The notes beneath the pieces were generated by a model, which made no database searches, was not told the DNA's origin, and saw nothing but the letters and a program-made list of their open reading frames with translations. From Deltaproteobacteria bacterium (lineage in GTDB: Bacteria > Myxococcota_A > Polyangia > Polyangiales > Houyiibacteriaceae), in the NCBI GenBank assembly GCA_034670305.1, contig JAXMNT010000072.1:1-33143 (forward strand): a stretch of 33,143 bases of DNA, written 5' to 3'. Position 1 is the first letter of the stretch. Each line of letters opens with the position of its first letter. The position numbers and the translations under genes are program-made. Shown here one piece after another: positions 10,101 to 20,415 of the stretch.

Positions 10101-12751
10101 CCGATCGCGACGATCTCCTGGAAGACGCGGAGCTGTCGGACGACCTGCGCGCATTCCTCACGGACACGGACGAGCCCGAGTTCGAAGCACGCCTCGGCGC
10201 GCTCGACGACGCGCTTGGAGCGCTGCCAGACATCGAAGTCCCAGCTGGGCTCGTCGAACGCACCCTCGAGCGGGCCGCGGATGACACGGATGAGGGCAAG
10301 GACGACGCTGGTCTCTTTGGAAGCCTGGTCGGCGGGCTCGCCTCGGGGCTGGGGACCCTGGTGCTGCTGCCGCTCGGACTCGCGCGAACCGCGCAGGCCA
10401 AACGACGCGTGTCGACGGAGGCCACGAAAGCCGACGGCGCCACCGATCCGGCCGGACCGGCAGCCGACGCAGGTCCAAAGCCGACCCGAGCAGCAAGCGA
10501 ACTCCCCATCGGCGAGGTTCCCATCGCGACCCCGGAGGCTGCGTCCTCCGGATCCCAGGACGCTGCGCCCTCGGTGAAGCATCCGGTCCCGATGCGCCCG
10601 CGCCGCATCGCGAAAGCCGCGCCCTGGGTCGCCGGCGCGTTCTCCGTGGCGGCGGCGGGCCTGCTCGCGTTCAACTCGTTGGGCAGCGCGGTGCGGTCGA
10701 ACATCTCGGTCTCGAGCACCCACATCGAGAGCCTGGGCGGCGACGGAGACTATCGCCAGAACGGTCCGGCGTCCCCACCGGCGAGTTTCATGATCCCGGA
10801 CCGCGCCTCCCGGCTGGAGGTCGAACAAGAGGCCACCCACGGCGCATTCGACCGCTGGATCCCAGACCCTTCCTCGTCCGACGAGGCCGAGAACACGGCC
10901 GCGATCGACAACGGCCTCTTCGCCCAAGGGGACCTCGGCGGGGTCTACGACAACCGCCGCGGCTGGGCCTTCGAAGACGACTCCGAGCGTTCGCGCGCGC
11001 AGGGGCCTGATCGGGACGGCGACGACCTCGTGTTCGACGGTCCCGAGGACGGTCGAGCGGCTGAAGGCGAGCGCGACCAGACCACCGTGCGGGGCGAAGA
11101 AGCGTTCCGCACCATGGCGCCTTCCGACTCGACGCGACTCGACGAGCGAAACGCGGAGACGTCGAGCACCGGGCGGGTCGACAGGAACGTCGCGAGCGGA
11201 CAGCACGAGCTGCGGATCCAAGTCGCGGACCAAGAAGCGGATCGGGAAGAAGCCGAACCAACGTTCCGTCCGAGCCACGGCGCTTGGGCCAACACGTACA
11301 TCCCAGGCGACCCGCGTTGGCGGTTCCTCGAGCGCGGCCTCGACGCCTCACCCGCCGAACTGGCGCTCGCCCGCAGCGCTCGCGCCATGGATCACCCGCT
11401 CCCGGCGCCCCGGTCGGGCGCGCTCGCGCTCTCGGTCCGCGCCGACCATCGCCGCATCGAAGGACGCACCCGCGTGCTCGCCCAGGTCGGACTGCGCGGC
11501 GCCGACGTGCGGCAGGGCCGCCGCCCGAAGCTGCGTGCGATGGTGGTGCTGGACCTGAGGCACCCCCTGCAAGCGGCGCATCGCGAAGAGGTGGAATCGC
11601 TTCTGATGGCACTCAGCGAAGCCCGCACCGGCAACGACCAGGTGGGATGCCTGGTGGCTGGGCCGGCCGGTGGGGCGCTCATCCCGCTCGGCCGTCTGCG
11701 CCGCGGAGAAGTCACCGTCGCACTCCGCCGGGCCTTTGGCACGCCCGCCGCCGGCGCCACCCCGCTCACGCTCGACCGGGCGGTACAGGACGCACTCGCC
11801 ACCGTCACCGGAGCGGAAGACGGTCCGCTCGGAAGCAACATCGTGTGGGTCGTCACCCCGAACTTCGACGACACCGACGCCGCCGCACTCGAAGCATCCG
11901 CCCACGTGGGCGCGCTGGCCGGAGTCACCACCAGTGTGGTCGGGCTGAGTGGCGCGAACGTCGACCGTCTCGAGCGCGTCGCGTTGCATGGGCACGGACG
12001 CCGATGGGCGCTGACGCGCGGCAACGAGACCGTCGCCTTGGCCGCGGAGCGGGTGGTCGCTCAGGAGATCCGAGCCGCCAGCCAGACGGTCGCACGCGGC
12101 ATCCGGCTGGAGGTTCGTTTGGCCGCCGGCACGCACCTGGTGAACGTGCTCGGATCGCGCCCCCTCTCGGAAGTCGAAGCCACCCGGACCCGCCAGGCCG
12201 AGCAGGCGCTCGACCAGACCCTCGCACGCCGGCTGGGCATCGTCTCCAACCGCGACGACGACGCCGAAGGCATCCAGATCTTCGTGCCTGCCTTCCAGGG
12301 CGGCGACACCCACACCATCCTGTTCGACCTCGTGGTCGACGCGCCCGGCCCGGTGCTCGACGTGCGGGCCCAGTTCAAGGATCTGCTGCGTCTCGGCAAT
12401 GGAGAAGCGAGCGAGCGCCTCGTGTTGCCGCGCGGACGCAACACCACGGGTCCGATGGAACGCGCGGTCCAGTTGGACCGTCTGGTCCAGGACCTCGCCG
12501 AGACCATGAGGCAGGCCAGCCGCAGCCCGGACGCAGCGCGACTCGTCGAGAACGCCCGCCGCCGGTTGGTCCGCGCACAGGCCGACGCCGCGCTTCGACA
12601 CGACGAGACGCTGCAAGCACAGGTCGCCCTCTGCGACCGCGTGCTCGAGCGCCTCTCGGGCGGACACCCTTCCCCGCCGCTGCAGCAAGCCCTTCGCCTT
12701 GCGAGCCACCGGCTCGTCTTTGGAGCCCCCTCGGAGTTCGGCACGCCCTAG
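10097..12751 (+). CDS. Putative membrane-anchored anti-sigma factor with degenerate vWA-like extracytoplasmic domain
   Basis: ATGA overlap with the sigma gene; short helical N-terminus; hydrophobic segment WVAGAFSVAAAGLLAF; vWA-like pattern MVVLD / IVWVVT / GVTTSVVGL / LERVALHGHG / TVARGIRLEV. Confidence 0.65.
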   Translation: MTDRDDLLEDAELSDDLRAFLTDTDEPEFEARLGALDDALGALPDIEVPAGLVERTLERAADDTDEGKDDAGLFGSLVGGLASGLGTLVLLPLGLARTAQAKRRVSTEATKADGATDPAGPAADAGPKPTRAASELPIGEVPIATPEAASSGSQDAAPSVKHPVPMRPRRIAKAAPWVAGAFSVAAAGLLAFNSLGSAVRSNISVSSTHIESLGGDGDYRQNGPASPPASFMIPDRASRLEVEQEATHGAFDRWIPDPSSSDEAENTAAIDNGLFAQGDLGGVYDNRRGWAFEDDSERSRAQGPDRDGDDLVFDGPEDGRAAEGERDQTTVRGEEAFRTMAPSDSTRLDERNAETSSTGRVDRNVASGQHELRIQVADQEADREEAEPTFRPSHGAWANTYIPGDPRWRFLERGLDASPAELALARSARAMDHPLPAPRSGALALSVRADHRRIEGRTRVLAQVGLRGADVRQGRRPKLRAMVVLDLRHPLQAAHREEVESLLMALSEARTGNDQVGCLVAGPAGGALIPLGRLRRGEVTVALRRAFGTPAAGATPLTLDRAVQDALATVTGAEDGPLGSNIVWVVTPNFDDTDAAALEASAHVGALAGVTTSVVGLSGANVDRLERVALHGHGRRWALTRGNETVALAAERVVAQEIRAASQTVARGIRLEVRLAAGTHLVNVLGSRPLSEVEATRTRQAEQALDQTLARRLGIVSNRDDDAEGIQIFVPAFQGGDTHTILFDLVVDAPGPVLDVRAQFKDLLRLGNGEASERLVLPRGRNTTGPMERAVQLDRLVQDLAETMRQASRSPDAARLVENARRRLVRAQADAALRHDETLQAQVALCDRVLERLSGGHPSPPLQQALRLASHRLVFGAPSEFGTP

Positions 12752-12890
12752 CACCGAACCCCACGCCTGAATCCCACCCGTCCTTCACCGGACGAACGCG
12801 CTGCTCGAAGACGCACCCACCCGGGTGCGGCGGGTGGCGTGTGTCCTCCGCCCGTTCTTCGTTCCCACGTCAGCCCACCCAGGAAACCCC

Positions 12891-15800
12891 ATGCCCTCCC
12901 AAACCGCACTCCCCAAGGCCTGGATCGTCCTCGTCTGCTTCCTGCTCGCCGCGCCCACCGCCGCCCAGCCCAACGAAGGCACCGTGCAGCTGCCGCTCTC
13001 GCAGTACCAGTCGTTGACGGGTGGCGGCGGCTCGGAACGGGGAGACTCGGGCCACGCCTTCTCCGGCGTTCGCACGGTGGTCGCGGTCGAGGATCACGAC
13101 GGCCATCCACGCGCGCGCGTCACCGTCTCGGCAACCGTGCGTACGTTCGGCGAGGGGTGGAGCCTCGTGCCTCTTCCGGCCGCCGGGCCGATCGAAGGCG
13201 CGCGCCAAGGCAGCACCGCGCTCGAGTTGATCGATCGCGGGGGACAGGTCGCGTGGGCGGCGCCGAGCGCGGGCAGCCACGCCATCGAATGGACGTACGC
13301 GATGGACGCGACCCGCTACGAAGCCGCCGGCATCGGTGGTCAGAGCACCGGGTGGTCGCTCGGCCTGCAGAACCCGGGCGCCGGCGGGCGGCTCGAAGTG
13401 CGCTTCGCCGATCAAGAGGTGACTCCGATCGTCGTGCCGGCGTCGACCGCGAGCACCACGCGCAACGGCAACGACACCGTGCTCACCGCGACGGTGCCGA
13501 GCGGCCCTGGCGTCCAGATCTCGTGGAGCACCGACGCGGCGGGGAGCCAAACCCTGAGCCGCGCGCGCTACACCGGCGAGGTCGTGGGCGAGAGCCTGCG
13601 GGTGCGCGCCGAGCTGAGCGTGGACATCGATGGCAGCGGCCGGGTCTTCGTGCCGCTTTTGCCCGCGACGGTCGCGCTGCAGTCGGTGACCGTGGACCGC
13701 GCCGACGCCCCGATCGCGGTGCGTGAGGATCGGTTCGTGGTGCCGGTTCGTGGTCGAGGCCGGCACCGGATCGTGCTCGAGTTCCTCGTTCCGATCGGAC
13801 GCGACGAAGGGCTGCCCCACGTGGACCTGCACATCGCGCGCACCCCGGTCAGCGCCTTCGAGGTCACGCTGCCAGGCGACCGAGAAGTTCAGGTCGAACC
13901 CGGCGCCGGGGTGACGAACACCCGCCGCAACGGCACGACGGTCGCGCGCTTCAACGTGCCGATGACCGAACACGTCCGCATCCATTGGAGCGAAGCGGTG
14001 CCTGAGACCGACCACGAGATCGAGACCCGCTCCAACGCGAACATCGTGCACGTGGTTCAGCCCGGCGAAGGCGTGCTCGACGTGCGGGCATTCGTCGACT
14101 TCGAGATCTCGCGCGGCACCATGCGGCGCGCGGAGCTCGTGGTCCCCGCCGGCGTACAGATCAACTCGGTCGAGTCTGCCTCCGGGGTGGTCAACGACTG
14201 GCGTGTTTCCACCGAGGGCGCGCGCACGCTGACGGTGTTCCTCGACCGCGAGGTCGAGACCGCGCTGGCGCTCGAGGTGAAGTACGAGCTCGCATGGCCT
14301 GCCGCCACCCGCACCACCGCGCCTTTCGACGTGCCGCTCTTGCGCGCCGCGGTGGGCACCGAAGGCGTGCACCGGCAGCGCGGCATGGTGGCGCTGCTGT
14401 CCATGGGCGAACTGACGCTCGAACCGCGCGAGAGCGACAACATCACGGGCGTCGGCGACAACGCGCTGCCGGCCGCGATCCGCGACGTGCTCGAAGCGAC
14501 CGTCGCGCACACCTACCGCTACCAGGACGAAGCGCCGGAGCTCTCCGCCATCGGTGCGATCCGTGAAGCGGAGGCGGCGCGCTTCGACGCGCAGGTCGAC
14601 ACGCTGGTGTCGCTCGGCGATGTGAGCACCACCGTCGCCACGCGGATCGAAGTCGATGTGAAGAGCGGCTCGGTCACCGAGTTGTTGCTGCACGTGCCCG
14701 AGGGTCTGAGCTTGCTGGAGGTGTCCGCGCCTTCGCTTCGCCGGTACGTCATGGAAGAGGACCGGTCGCTCCGGATCGAACTGACGCAGCCCATGGAAGG
14801 CCGCTTCACCGTCGAGCTGCTCTCCGACCGGGTCACCGGCCAGGAAGACGAGCTCGACATGCCGCTCATCGGTGTCGCTGGCGCGGAGGTCGAACGCGGA
14901 CGCGTTGGCGTCGAGGCGCTGGCACCGTTCCAGGTCGACATGGCGAGCGCCGAACACCTGTCGCCCATCGACCCGAGCGAACTCCCGGAGCAACTCATGC
15001 TTCGGACGGACAACCCCATTCTGCACGCCTACCGATACGCGCAGGCGACCGAAGCTCCGCGGTTTCGAGTGCGCATCACCCGACACGAAGAAGTGCAGAC
15101 CCGTCAGGCCACCGTGGACGAAGCGTGGTTCGAGACGCTCTACACCCGCGACGGTGTGGCGGTGACGTCCGCGCGCTTCGTGGTTCGCAACCGGCGCCAG
15201 CAATTCCTGCGCGTCACGCTGCCCGAGGACTCGGAAGTCTGGTCGGCAGCGGTCGACGGCCGTCCCCAGACCCCCGCGCTCGAGACTGGCTCGGACGCGC
15301 CGACGGTGCTCCTCAACATCGTCAGCGCGGCGGACGCGTTCGAAGTCACGATGGTCTACGCGACCGAGACCTCCCCGCTCGGCACGCTCGGACGCGTGGA
15401 CGTCGAGTTGGCGACGCTCGACATCGTCGCTGCGCAGACGACCTGGAGCCTGGTGCTGCCAGGCGGCGTCTCCTACGCCGCGCCGGACAGCTCGCTCACG
15501 CCGCTGCACGGGGTCGACATGAGTGCGTTCGCGAGTGGCCGGGCGCTGCTCGGTGAACGCGTGGCCATGCCCGCCGATGGGGTGCGCTACGTATTCCGCC
15601 GCATGTACGCCACCCGGGCCGAAGCGCCGGCATCCATCTCGGTCGCCTACGTGTCGGGGGCGGCGGGCGTCGCAGCCCACGCGGCCAGTGGCCTCGGCGC
15701 GCTTCTCTTCTGGCTCGGACTTCTGGCGATGGCGATGTTGAAGTTCGACATCGGGTTGCCGGGCGGCATGTCGGCCCTGCGGTTCTCATTGCCGGGCTAC

Positions 15801-16211
15801 CGCGCGAACGAAGAAGGCGTCGCCCGCGCCCGCCGGGTGCGCCCCTGGGCGTCCGCTGCCCTGGTGACCCTGTTCGGGGTGCTCCTGTGCGCGTTCACGC
15901 TCGGCTACCTCGCGGTGCCCATGGGGCTCGCCACCGGGGTGACGATCGTGATCGCACTGGCCGTGGTCGGGGTCGTCGTTCGAAACCGGCTGCCCGCCTG
16001 GCGGGCCCGCGTCCAAGACACCCTGCGTGCCACCGGCGCCACCGGCCCGCACCCGGCGCCCGCCGGCGCGCCGTCCCCAGCCGGCAACGGACCGGAGGCC
16101 GCACCCCACTTCGACCGGGCCCCCTTCGTGGTGATGACCCCGGTCGATTCGGATCCGGACCCGCTCCCGATCGCCGACGTCGAGGTCGACGAAGAGAAGA
16201 AGCAAGACTGA
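12891..16211 (+). CDS. Large exported/membrane protein with repeated beta-rich modules and C-terminal TM helices
   Basis: Signal peptide ([15 protein letters not shown]); about four similar beta-rich modules; three hydrophobic helices near the C-terminus; ATG at 12891. Confidence 0.8.
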   Translation: MPSQTALPKAWIVLVCFLLAAPTAAQPNEGTVQLPLSQYQSLTGGGGSERGDSGHAFSGVRTVVAVEDHDGHPRARVTVSATVRTFGEGWSLVPLPAAGPIEGARQGSTALELIDRGGQVAWAAPSAGSHAIEWTYAMDATRYEAAGIGGQSTGWSLGLQNPGAGGRLEVRFADQEVTPIVVPASTASTTRNGNDTVLTATVPSGPGVQISWSTDAAGSQTLSRARYTGEVVGESLRVRAELSVDIDGSGRVFVPLLPATVALQSVTVDRADAPIAVREDRFVVPVRGRGRHRIVLEFLVPIGRDEGLPHVDLHIARTPVSAFEVTLPGDREVQVEPGAGVTNTRRNGTTVARFNVPMTEHVRIHWSEAVPETDHEIETRSNANIVHVVQPGEGVLDVRAFVDFEISRGTMRRAELVVPAGVQINSVESASGVVNDWRVSTEGARTLTVFLDREVETALALEVKYELAWPAATRTTAPFDVPLLRAAVGTEGVHRQRGMVALLSMGELTLEPRESDNITGVGDNALPAAIRDVLEATVAHTYRYQDEAPELSAIGAIREAEAARFDAQVDTLVSLGDVSTTVATRIEVDVKSGSVTELLLHVPEGLSLLEVSAPSLRRYVMEEDRSLRIELTQPMEGRFTVELLSDRVTGQEDELDMPLIGVAGAEVERGRVGVEALAPFQVDMASAEHLSPIDPSELPEQLMLRTDNPILHAYRYAQATEAPRFRVRITRHEEVQTRQATVDEAWFETLYTRDGVAVTSARFVVRNRRQQFLRVTLPEDSEVWSAAVDGRPQTPALETGSDAPTVLLNIVSAADAFEVTMVYATETSPLGTLGRVDVELATLDIVAAQTTWSLVLPGGVSYAAPDSSLTPLHGVDMSAFASGRALLGERVAMPADGVRYVFRRMYATRAEAPASISVAYVSGAAGVAAHAASGLGALLFWLGLLAMAMLKFDIGLPGGMSALRFSLPGYRANEEGVARARRVRPWASAALVTLFGVLLCAFTLGYLAVPMGLATGVTIVIALAVVGVVVRNRLPAWRARVQDTLRATGATGPHPAPAGAPSPAGNGPEAAPHFDRAPFVVMTPVDSDPDPLPIADVEVDEEKKQD

Positions 16212-16494
16212 TTCGGCGTCGGCGTCGGCGTCGCGGACAAACCACGGCACGGGCACGGACACGGGCACCGCGCGCATCCTCTCGGAGTCGGCTTCGGGTT
16301 CGGCCTCGGCGTCGGCTTCGGCGTCGGCTTCGGCGTCGGATTCGGCTTCGGGGTCGGCTTCGGCTTCGGCGTCGGCGTCGGCTTCGGATTCGGCTTCGGC
16401 TTCGGCGTCGGATTCGGCTTCGGCTTCGGCTTCGGATTCGGATTCGGCTTCGGCTTCGGCTTCGGATTCGGATTCGGCTTCGGCTTCGGCTTCG
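16212..16494. repeat. Period-6 tract 2: (TCGG-NN)n with an internal ACGGGC block
   Basis: Starts immediately after the TGA at 16209-16211; ggcgtc, then acgggc/acggac units, then ggcttc/ggattc units. Confidence 0.95.
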
Positions 16495-16591
16495 AACAAG
16501 CAAGGGCAAGGTGACGACGCAGGCCTGGGCAAGGGCACAAGGGCAAGGTGGCCGACGCGACAGGGGCGGAGTTCGCGGTAGACTCCCCCCC

Positions 16592-18007
16592 ATGACCACC
16601 GAACCCGCGTCGAGCCGGTCCGCTTCGGACTCTTCTTCCAGCATCCCGGAAACAGTCGCTCAGCTGCGGCAGCGCTTCGAGACCGGGGTGACCCGGTCCC
16701 GGGAATGGCGTCTGCGCCAGCTCGATGGGTTGGCGAAGTTCATGACCGAGCGCGAGGGGGAGATCCTCGAAGCGCTCCATGCGGATCTCGGCAAACCACC
16801 GCTCGAAGCGCTCGCCGCCGAAGTGGCGTTCTCGCTCGGGGAGATCCGCGAGTTCAAGAAGCACCTCAAGGACTGGATGAAGCCGGAGAAGGTCTCCACC
16901 CCGCTGCTCACCCAGCCGGGCAAGAGTTTCATCGTGCGCGAGCCGCTCGGGGTGGTGCTGGTCATCGCGCCCTGGAACTACCCGTTCCAGCTCGCCATCG
17001 CGCCCGCCATCGCGGCGATCGCCGCCGGCAACACCGTCCTGCTCAAACCCTCTGAGGTCGCGCCGCACACCTCCGCGCTCATCGCGCGCTGGTTGCCGCG
17101 CTACGTCGACGCGAGCTGCATCCGGGTCATCGAAGGCGGCGTCGCCGAGACCACCAAGATCCTCGAACAGCGCTTCGACCACATCTTCTACACGGGCAAC
17201 GGGGTGGTCGGCCGCATCGTGATGACGGCGGCCGCCAAACACCTCACGCCGGTGACGCTCGAACTGGGCGGCAAGAGTCCGTGCATCGTGGACCGCACCG
17301 CCGACCTCGACGTGGCCGCCCGCCGCATCGTGTGGGGCAAGTTCTACAACGCCGGTCAGACCTGCGTGGCACCCGACCATGTGCTCGTCGAGGAGTCGGT
17401 CCACGACGCGCTGCTCAACCGGATGGTCGCCACGCTTCGTTCCTTCTACGGAGACGACCCGCAAGCGAGCGCGGACTACGGCCGCGTCATCAACGGGCGC
17501 CACCACGCGCGGCTGCTCCGCTTGCTCGAACAGTCCGGCACCGTCGTGTGCGGCGCGGAACACGACGCCTCGGACCGCTACATCGCGCCCACGATCCTCA
17601 AGGACGTGCCGCTCGACTCCGCGGTGATGGGCGAAGAGATCTTCGGCCCGATCCTGCCCGTCCTCAGCGTGCCCAACGTGGACGCCGCGATCCGGATCAT
17701 CAACGACCGACCGAAACCGCTCGCGCTCTATATCTTCAGCAGCGACGAACGGACCCAGCAGCGGGTCATCGATCGCACGAGCAGCGGCGGCATGGCGATC
17801 AACCACGTCTGGCTCCACCTCGCGGTGCCGGGGCTTCCCTTCGGGGGCGTCGGCGAGAGCGGCATGGGCGCCTACCACGGGCGCCATGGGTTCGAGACGT
17901 TCTCGCACCGCCGCGGCGTGCTCAAGAAGCCGACGATGGTCGACCCCGATCTGCTCTACCCGCCCTACACCGCCACGAAGTCGAAGTGGATCAAACGCCT
18001 CCTCTAG
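16592..18007 (+). CDS. Aldehyde dehydrogenase, ALDH3/fatty aldehyde-type
   Basis: [41 protein letters not shown] (catalytic Cys), EEIFGP, KPLALY and [18 protein letters not shown] at 16592. Confidence 0.95.
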   Translation: MTTEPASSRSASDSSSSIPETVAQLRQRFETGVTRSREWRLRQLDGLAKFMTEREGEILEALHADLGKPPLEALAAEVAFSLGEIREFKKHLKDWMKPEKVSTPLLTQPGKSFIVREPLGVVLVIAPWNYPFQLAIAPAIAAIAAGNTVLLKPSEVAPHTSALIARWLPRYVDASCIRVIEGGVAETTKILEQRFDHIFYTGNGVVGRIVMTAAAKHLTPVTLELGGKSPCIVDRTADLDVAARRIVWGKFYNAGQTCVAPDHVLVEESVHDALLNRMVATLRSFYGDDPQASADYGRVINGRHHARLLRLLEQSGTVVCGAEHDASDRYIAPTILKDVPLDSAVMGEEIFGPILPVLSVPNVDAAIRIINDRPKPLALYIFSSDERTQQRVIDRTSSGGMAINHVWLHLAVPGLPFGGVGESGMGAYHGRHGFETFSHRRGVLKKPTMVDPDLLYPPYTATKSKWIKRLL

Positions 18008-18131
18008 CAGGCTGCTGCAAAACTCCTCGGCGCTACGCTCGCCGATGCAGCCCCCCTTCCGCCATCCCCTCACCTCAACAATGCCCCAGCCACGGCTGGC
18101 GCCCGGCCGCGAATGGCCCAAGGGTGAGCAC

Positions 18132-18935
18132 GTGAGCGAGACGTACGACGACGACGAGGTCCGGGAGATCCTCCACCGGGCGTTGACCGAAGAAGACGAC
18201 GCGGGGCTGACCCACGCGGAGCTCGCCGACATCGCCGCCGAGGTCGGCGTGTCCACCGCCGACCTGGAAGCCGCGGCCGCATCCGTGCGCAGCGAACGCG
18301 AAGAGCGGAGCGAAGAAGACGAAGCGCGCGCGGTACTGGCCAAGAAGACCAGCCGCCGGCGCCGCGGGTTCTTGCGACACGCGTTGACCTGGGCCGTCGT
18401 GAGCACCGGCTTGTTTCTCTTGGACTCGGTGGTGCCGGGTTCCTCGTGGTGGTTCTTCCCGGCGATCGGCTGGGGCATCGCGGTCGCGCTGCAAGGGGTC
18501 GGCGTATTCCTTCGCGACGAGGACGCGGATCTCGATCGCGAGATCAAACGGCTGCGGCGGAAGAAGATTCGGCTGGAACGCGAAGCGGCACAGCGCGCCA
18601 AAGCGGCGAAGCGCAAGAAGCGCAAAAAGGGCGGCGACGTCTTGGCGGTCGCCGAGGCCGCATTCGAAGACGCCATCGATCGAGGCCTCGCGCTGCTGCT
18701 TCAGAAGGCGGCCGAGAAACTCCAAATCGCGACCGAAGGCGGCGCGCTTCCGGACACCGAACTCGGCCGATTCATCGCGCGCAAGAAGGGCTCGAAAGTC
18801 CGGGTGGGCGAATCCCCGGAGAGCCCGCGTGGCACCCGCCGGGCCCAAGCGCGGGTGGATGCGTCCACGGGCGAAGACCACGAAGTCGAAGCAGACGCAC
18901 CCCGCCGGCGCCGCGAACGCACCGCCTCCGAATGA
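18132..18935 (+). CDS. 2TM domain-containing protein
   Basis: N-terminal [14 protein letters not shown]...[15 protein letters not shown], then [11 protein letters not shown]...[16 protein letters not shown] two-helix hairpin; GTG at 18132. Confidence 0.8.
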   Translation: MSETYDDDEVREILHRALTEEDDAGLTHAELADIAAEVGVSTADLEAAAASVRSEREERSEEDEARAVLAKKTSRRRRGFLRHALTWAVVSTGLFLLDSVVPGSSWWFFPAIGWGIAVALQGVGVFLRDEDADLDREIKRLRRKKIRLEREAAQRAKAAKRKKRKKGGDVLAVAEAAFEDAIDRGLALLLQKAAEKLQIATEGGALPDTELGRFIARKKGSKVRVGESPESPRGTRRAQARVDASTGEDHEVEADAPRRRRERTASE

Positions 18936-18942
18936 GCCCCCT

Positions 18943-19277
18943 GGCCGCCAGTCTCGCGAAGCGAGCCAGGCCCGCGAGGAGCCAAGCGATCGCCGACAAG
19001 TGCACCTGCGCAGGCCGCAGGCCGAGCAACTGGTGCACCTCCAATCGATCCCCGCGAGCGCCTCGAGGAGCGCCTGGACGCGCGCAGCCGCCAGATGCCT
19101 CCGATCGCTTCTTCATCGCACACATGGATGGGGCGGCGAGCACGTGCAGGTGCGACGGGCTCGTGACCGACAGGGCGCAGTCGAGCGAAGCGAGCAAGCC
19201 GTGTCACCGGGACGGGGTTTGGGGGCCGTGCCCCCAAGAAAATAGGGCCGCCAGTCTCGCGAAGCGAGCCAGGCCCG
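18943..19277. repeat. REP/MITE-like element bounded by perfect 32-bp direct repeats
   Basis: GGCCGCCAGTCTCGCGAAGCGAGCCAGGCCCG at 18943-18974 and 19246-19277, each containing a CTCGC-GAA-GCGAG hairpin; internal TTGGGGGC-CGT-GCCCCCAA hairpin. Confidence 0.8.
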
Positions 19278-19295
19278 TAGCGGCAGGAAAATAGC

Positions 19296-20249
19296 GTGGG
19301 CTGGCACGAACGCGTGGATCATGGATTCGCCCGGGTGATGCTGCCGCAGCACCGCCTCTACCGGGACGGGTTCGGGGATCCGCGCGTCTTGGATCGCTGC
19401 GTGCGCGGGGTGCGAGACGTGTCGGTGGAGCAAGTCGCGCCGCTCGCCATCGACTGGACGCGGGCGAAGTCCGTCCGCGGCGTCGACGTCCGAAGAGGCA
19501 CGTTCACCTCCCCGGCACCCGAGCTGCCCACCGACGCGCGACGTGCGGTGGTGGAGCAATGGATGCCCGGCCGACCGGGTTACTTGTTGCTGGCGACCAC
19601 CGGCGAAGAGGGGTTCTTTCGGCGCCGCTTGCTCGCGCGTTTCTTGGCTGCGCATGGCCTCGGCGCCGTGATGCTCGAGAACCCGTTCTACGGCGAGCGA
19701 CGACCGAGCGGTCAACGCGGCCCGGCGCTCCGCACGGTCGCGGACCAGTTCGCGATGAACCTCGCGACGGTGCTCGAAGCACGCGCGCTCTTGTGCACAC
19801 TGCCGGAGCTGCGCGGGGTCACCGGCTTCAGCCAGGGCGGCTTCATGGCGGCGTTCGCCTCGGTGGTCACGCCGCTCGAACTCGCGTCGGTGCCGCGCGG
19901 TGCCGGGTGCGGGGTCGAGGCCGTGTTCACCTCGCTCGCGTTGCGGCACACGATGCGGTGGGATGTGCTCGCCGCGCAGGCCGGCGGCCTCGAAGCGGCG
20001 CGATCCACGTTCGCCGAAGCGCTCGAACCGGTGCGGCTCGATCGATTCCCGCCGCCCCGTGCGCCACACCGCGCCACGCTCGTGGCAGGGCGTGACGATG
20101 GCTTCGTGCCGCGCGAGGAGGCCGAACGCCTTCATGCGCACTGGCCCGGCTCCACACTCACGTGGCTCCCGGGCGGACACGTCACGAGCGTCGTGGTGTA
20201 CGGCCGCGCCCAGCGCCGGGCGCTGCTCGACACGTTCCATCGAGCCTAG
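19296..20249 (+). CDS. Alpha/beta hydrolase, DUF2048/ABHD18-like
   Basis: LENPFYGERRP family-like motif, GFSQGG nucleophile elbow, DDGFVP (Asp) and GGHV (His). Confidence 0.8.
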   Translation: MGWHERVDHGFARVMLPQHRLYRDGFGDPRVLDRCVRGVRDVSVEQVAPLAIDWTRAKSVRGVDVRRGTFTSPAPELPTDARRAVVEQWMPGRPGYLLLATTGEEGFFRRRLLARFLAAHGLGAVMLENPFYGERRPSGQRGPALRTVADQFAMNLATVLEARALLCTLPELRGVTGFSQGGFMAAFASVVTPLELASVPRGAGCGVEAVFTSLALRHTMRWDVLAAQAGGLEAARSTFAEALEPVRLDRFPPPRAPHRATLVAGRDDGFVPREEAERLHAHWPGSTLTWLPGGHVTSVVVYGRAQRRALLDTFHRA

Positions 20250-20415
20250 CCGCCCCACGTCCGCGATCGTCTCGCCCGCGAGGCGCTGGGGAGGCGCATG
20301 AGCGACGCGCGAGTGGTCTGGGGACGACCGGCGTCCGCAGTTCGGGACCGCTGCGAGAGACCGACAACTACGGGAAGGCCTGGGTTCCCGCGCGGAGGCC
20401 GCGTACCCTGGGGCA

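Noticed and set aside
12870-15680. Long antisense or alternative-frame ORFs (also 631..2796, 1163..2878, 15905..18676, 20368..22713, 25602..27188)
   Set aside because: Typical high-GC shadow ORFs over well-supported genes, with no recognisable motifs.
15887-16591. N-terminal extension of the ALDH ORF through tract 2
   Set aside because: It overlaps the upstream gene and the repeat tract; ALDH-like sequence starts at ATG 16592.
18943-19277. CRISPR array (32-bp palindromic direct repeats)
   Set aside because: Only two repeats, a 271-bp spacer and no cas genes in the window.
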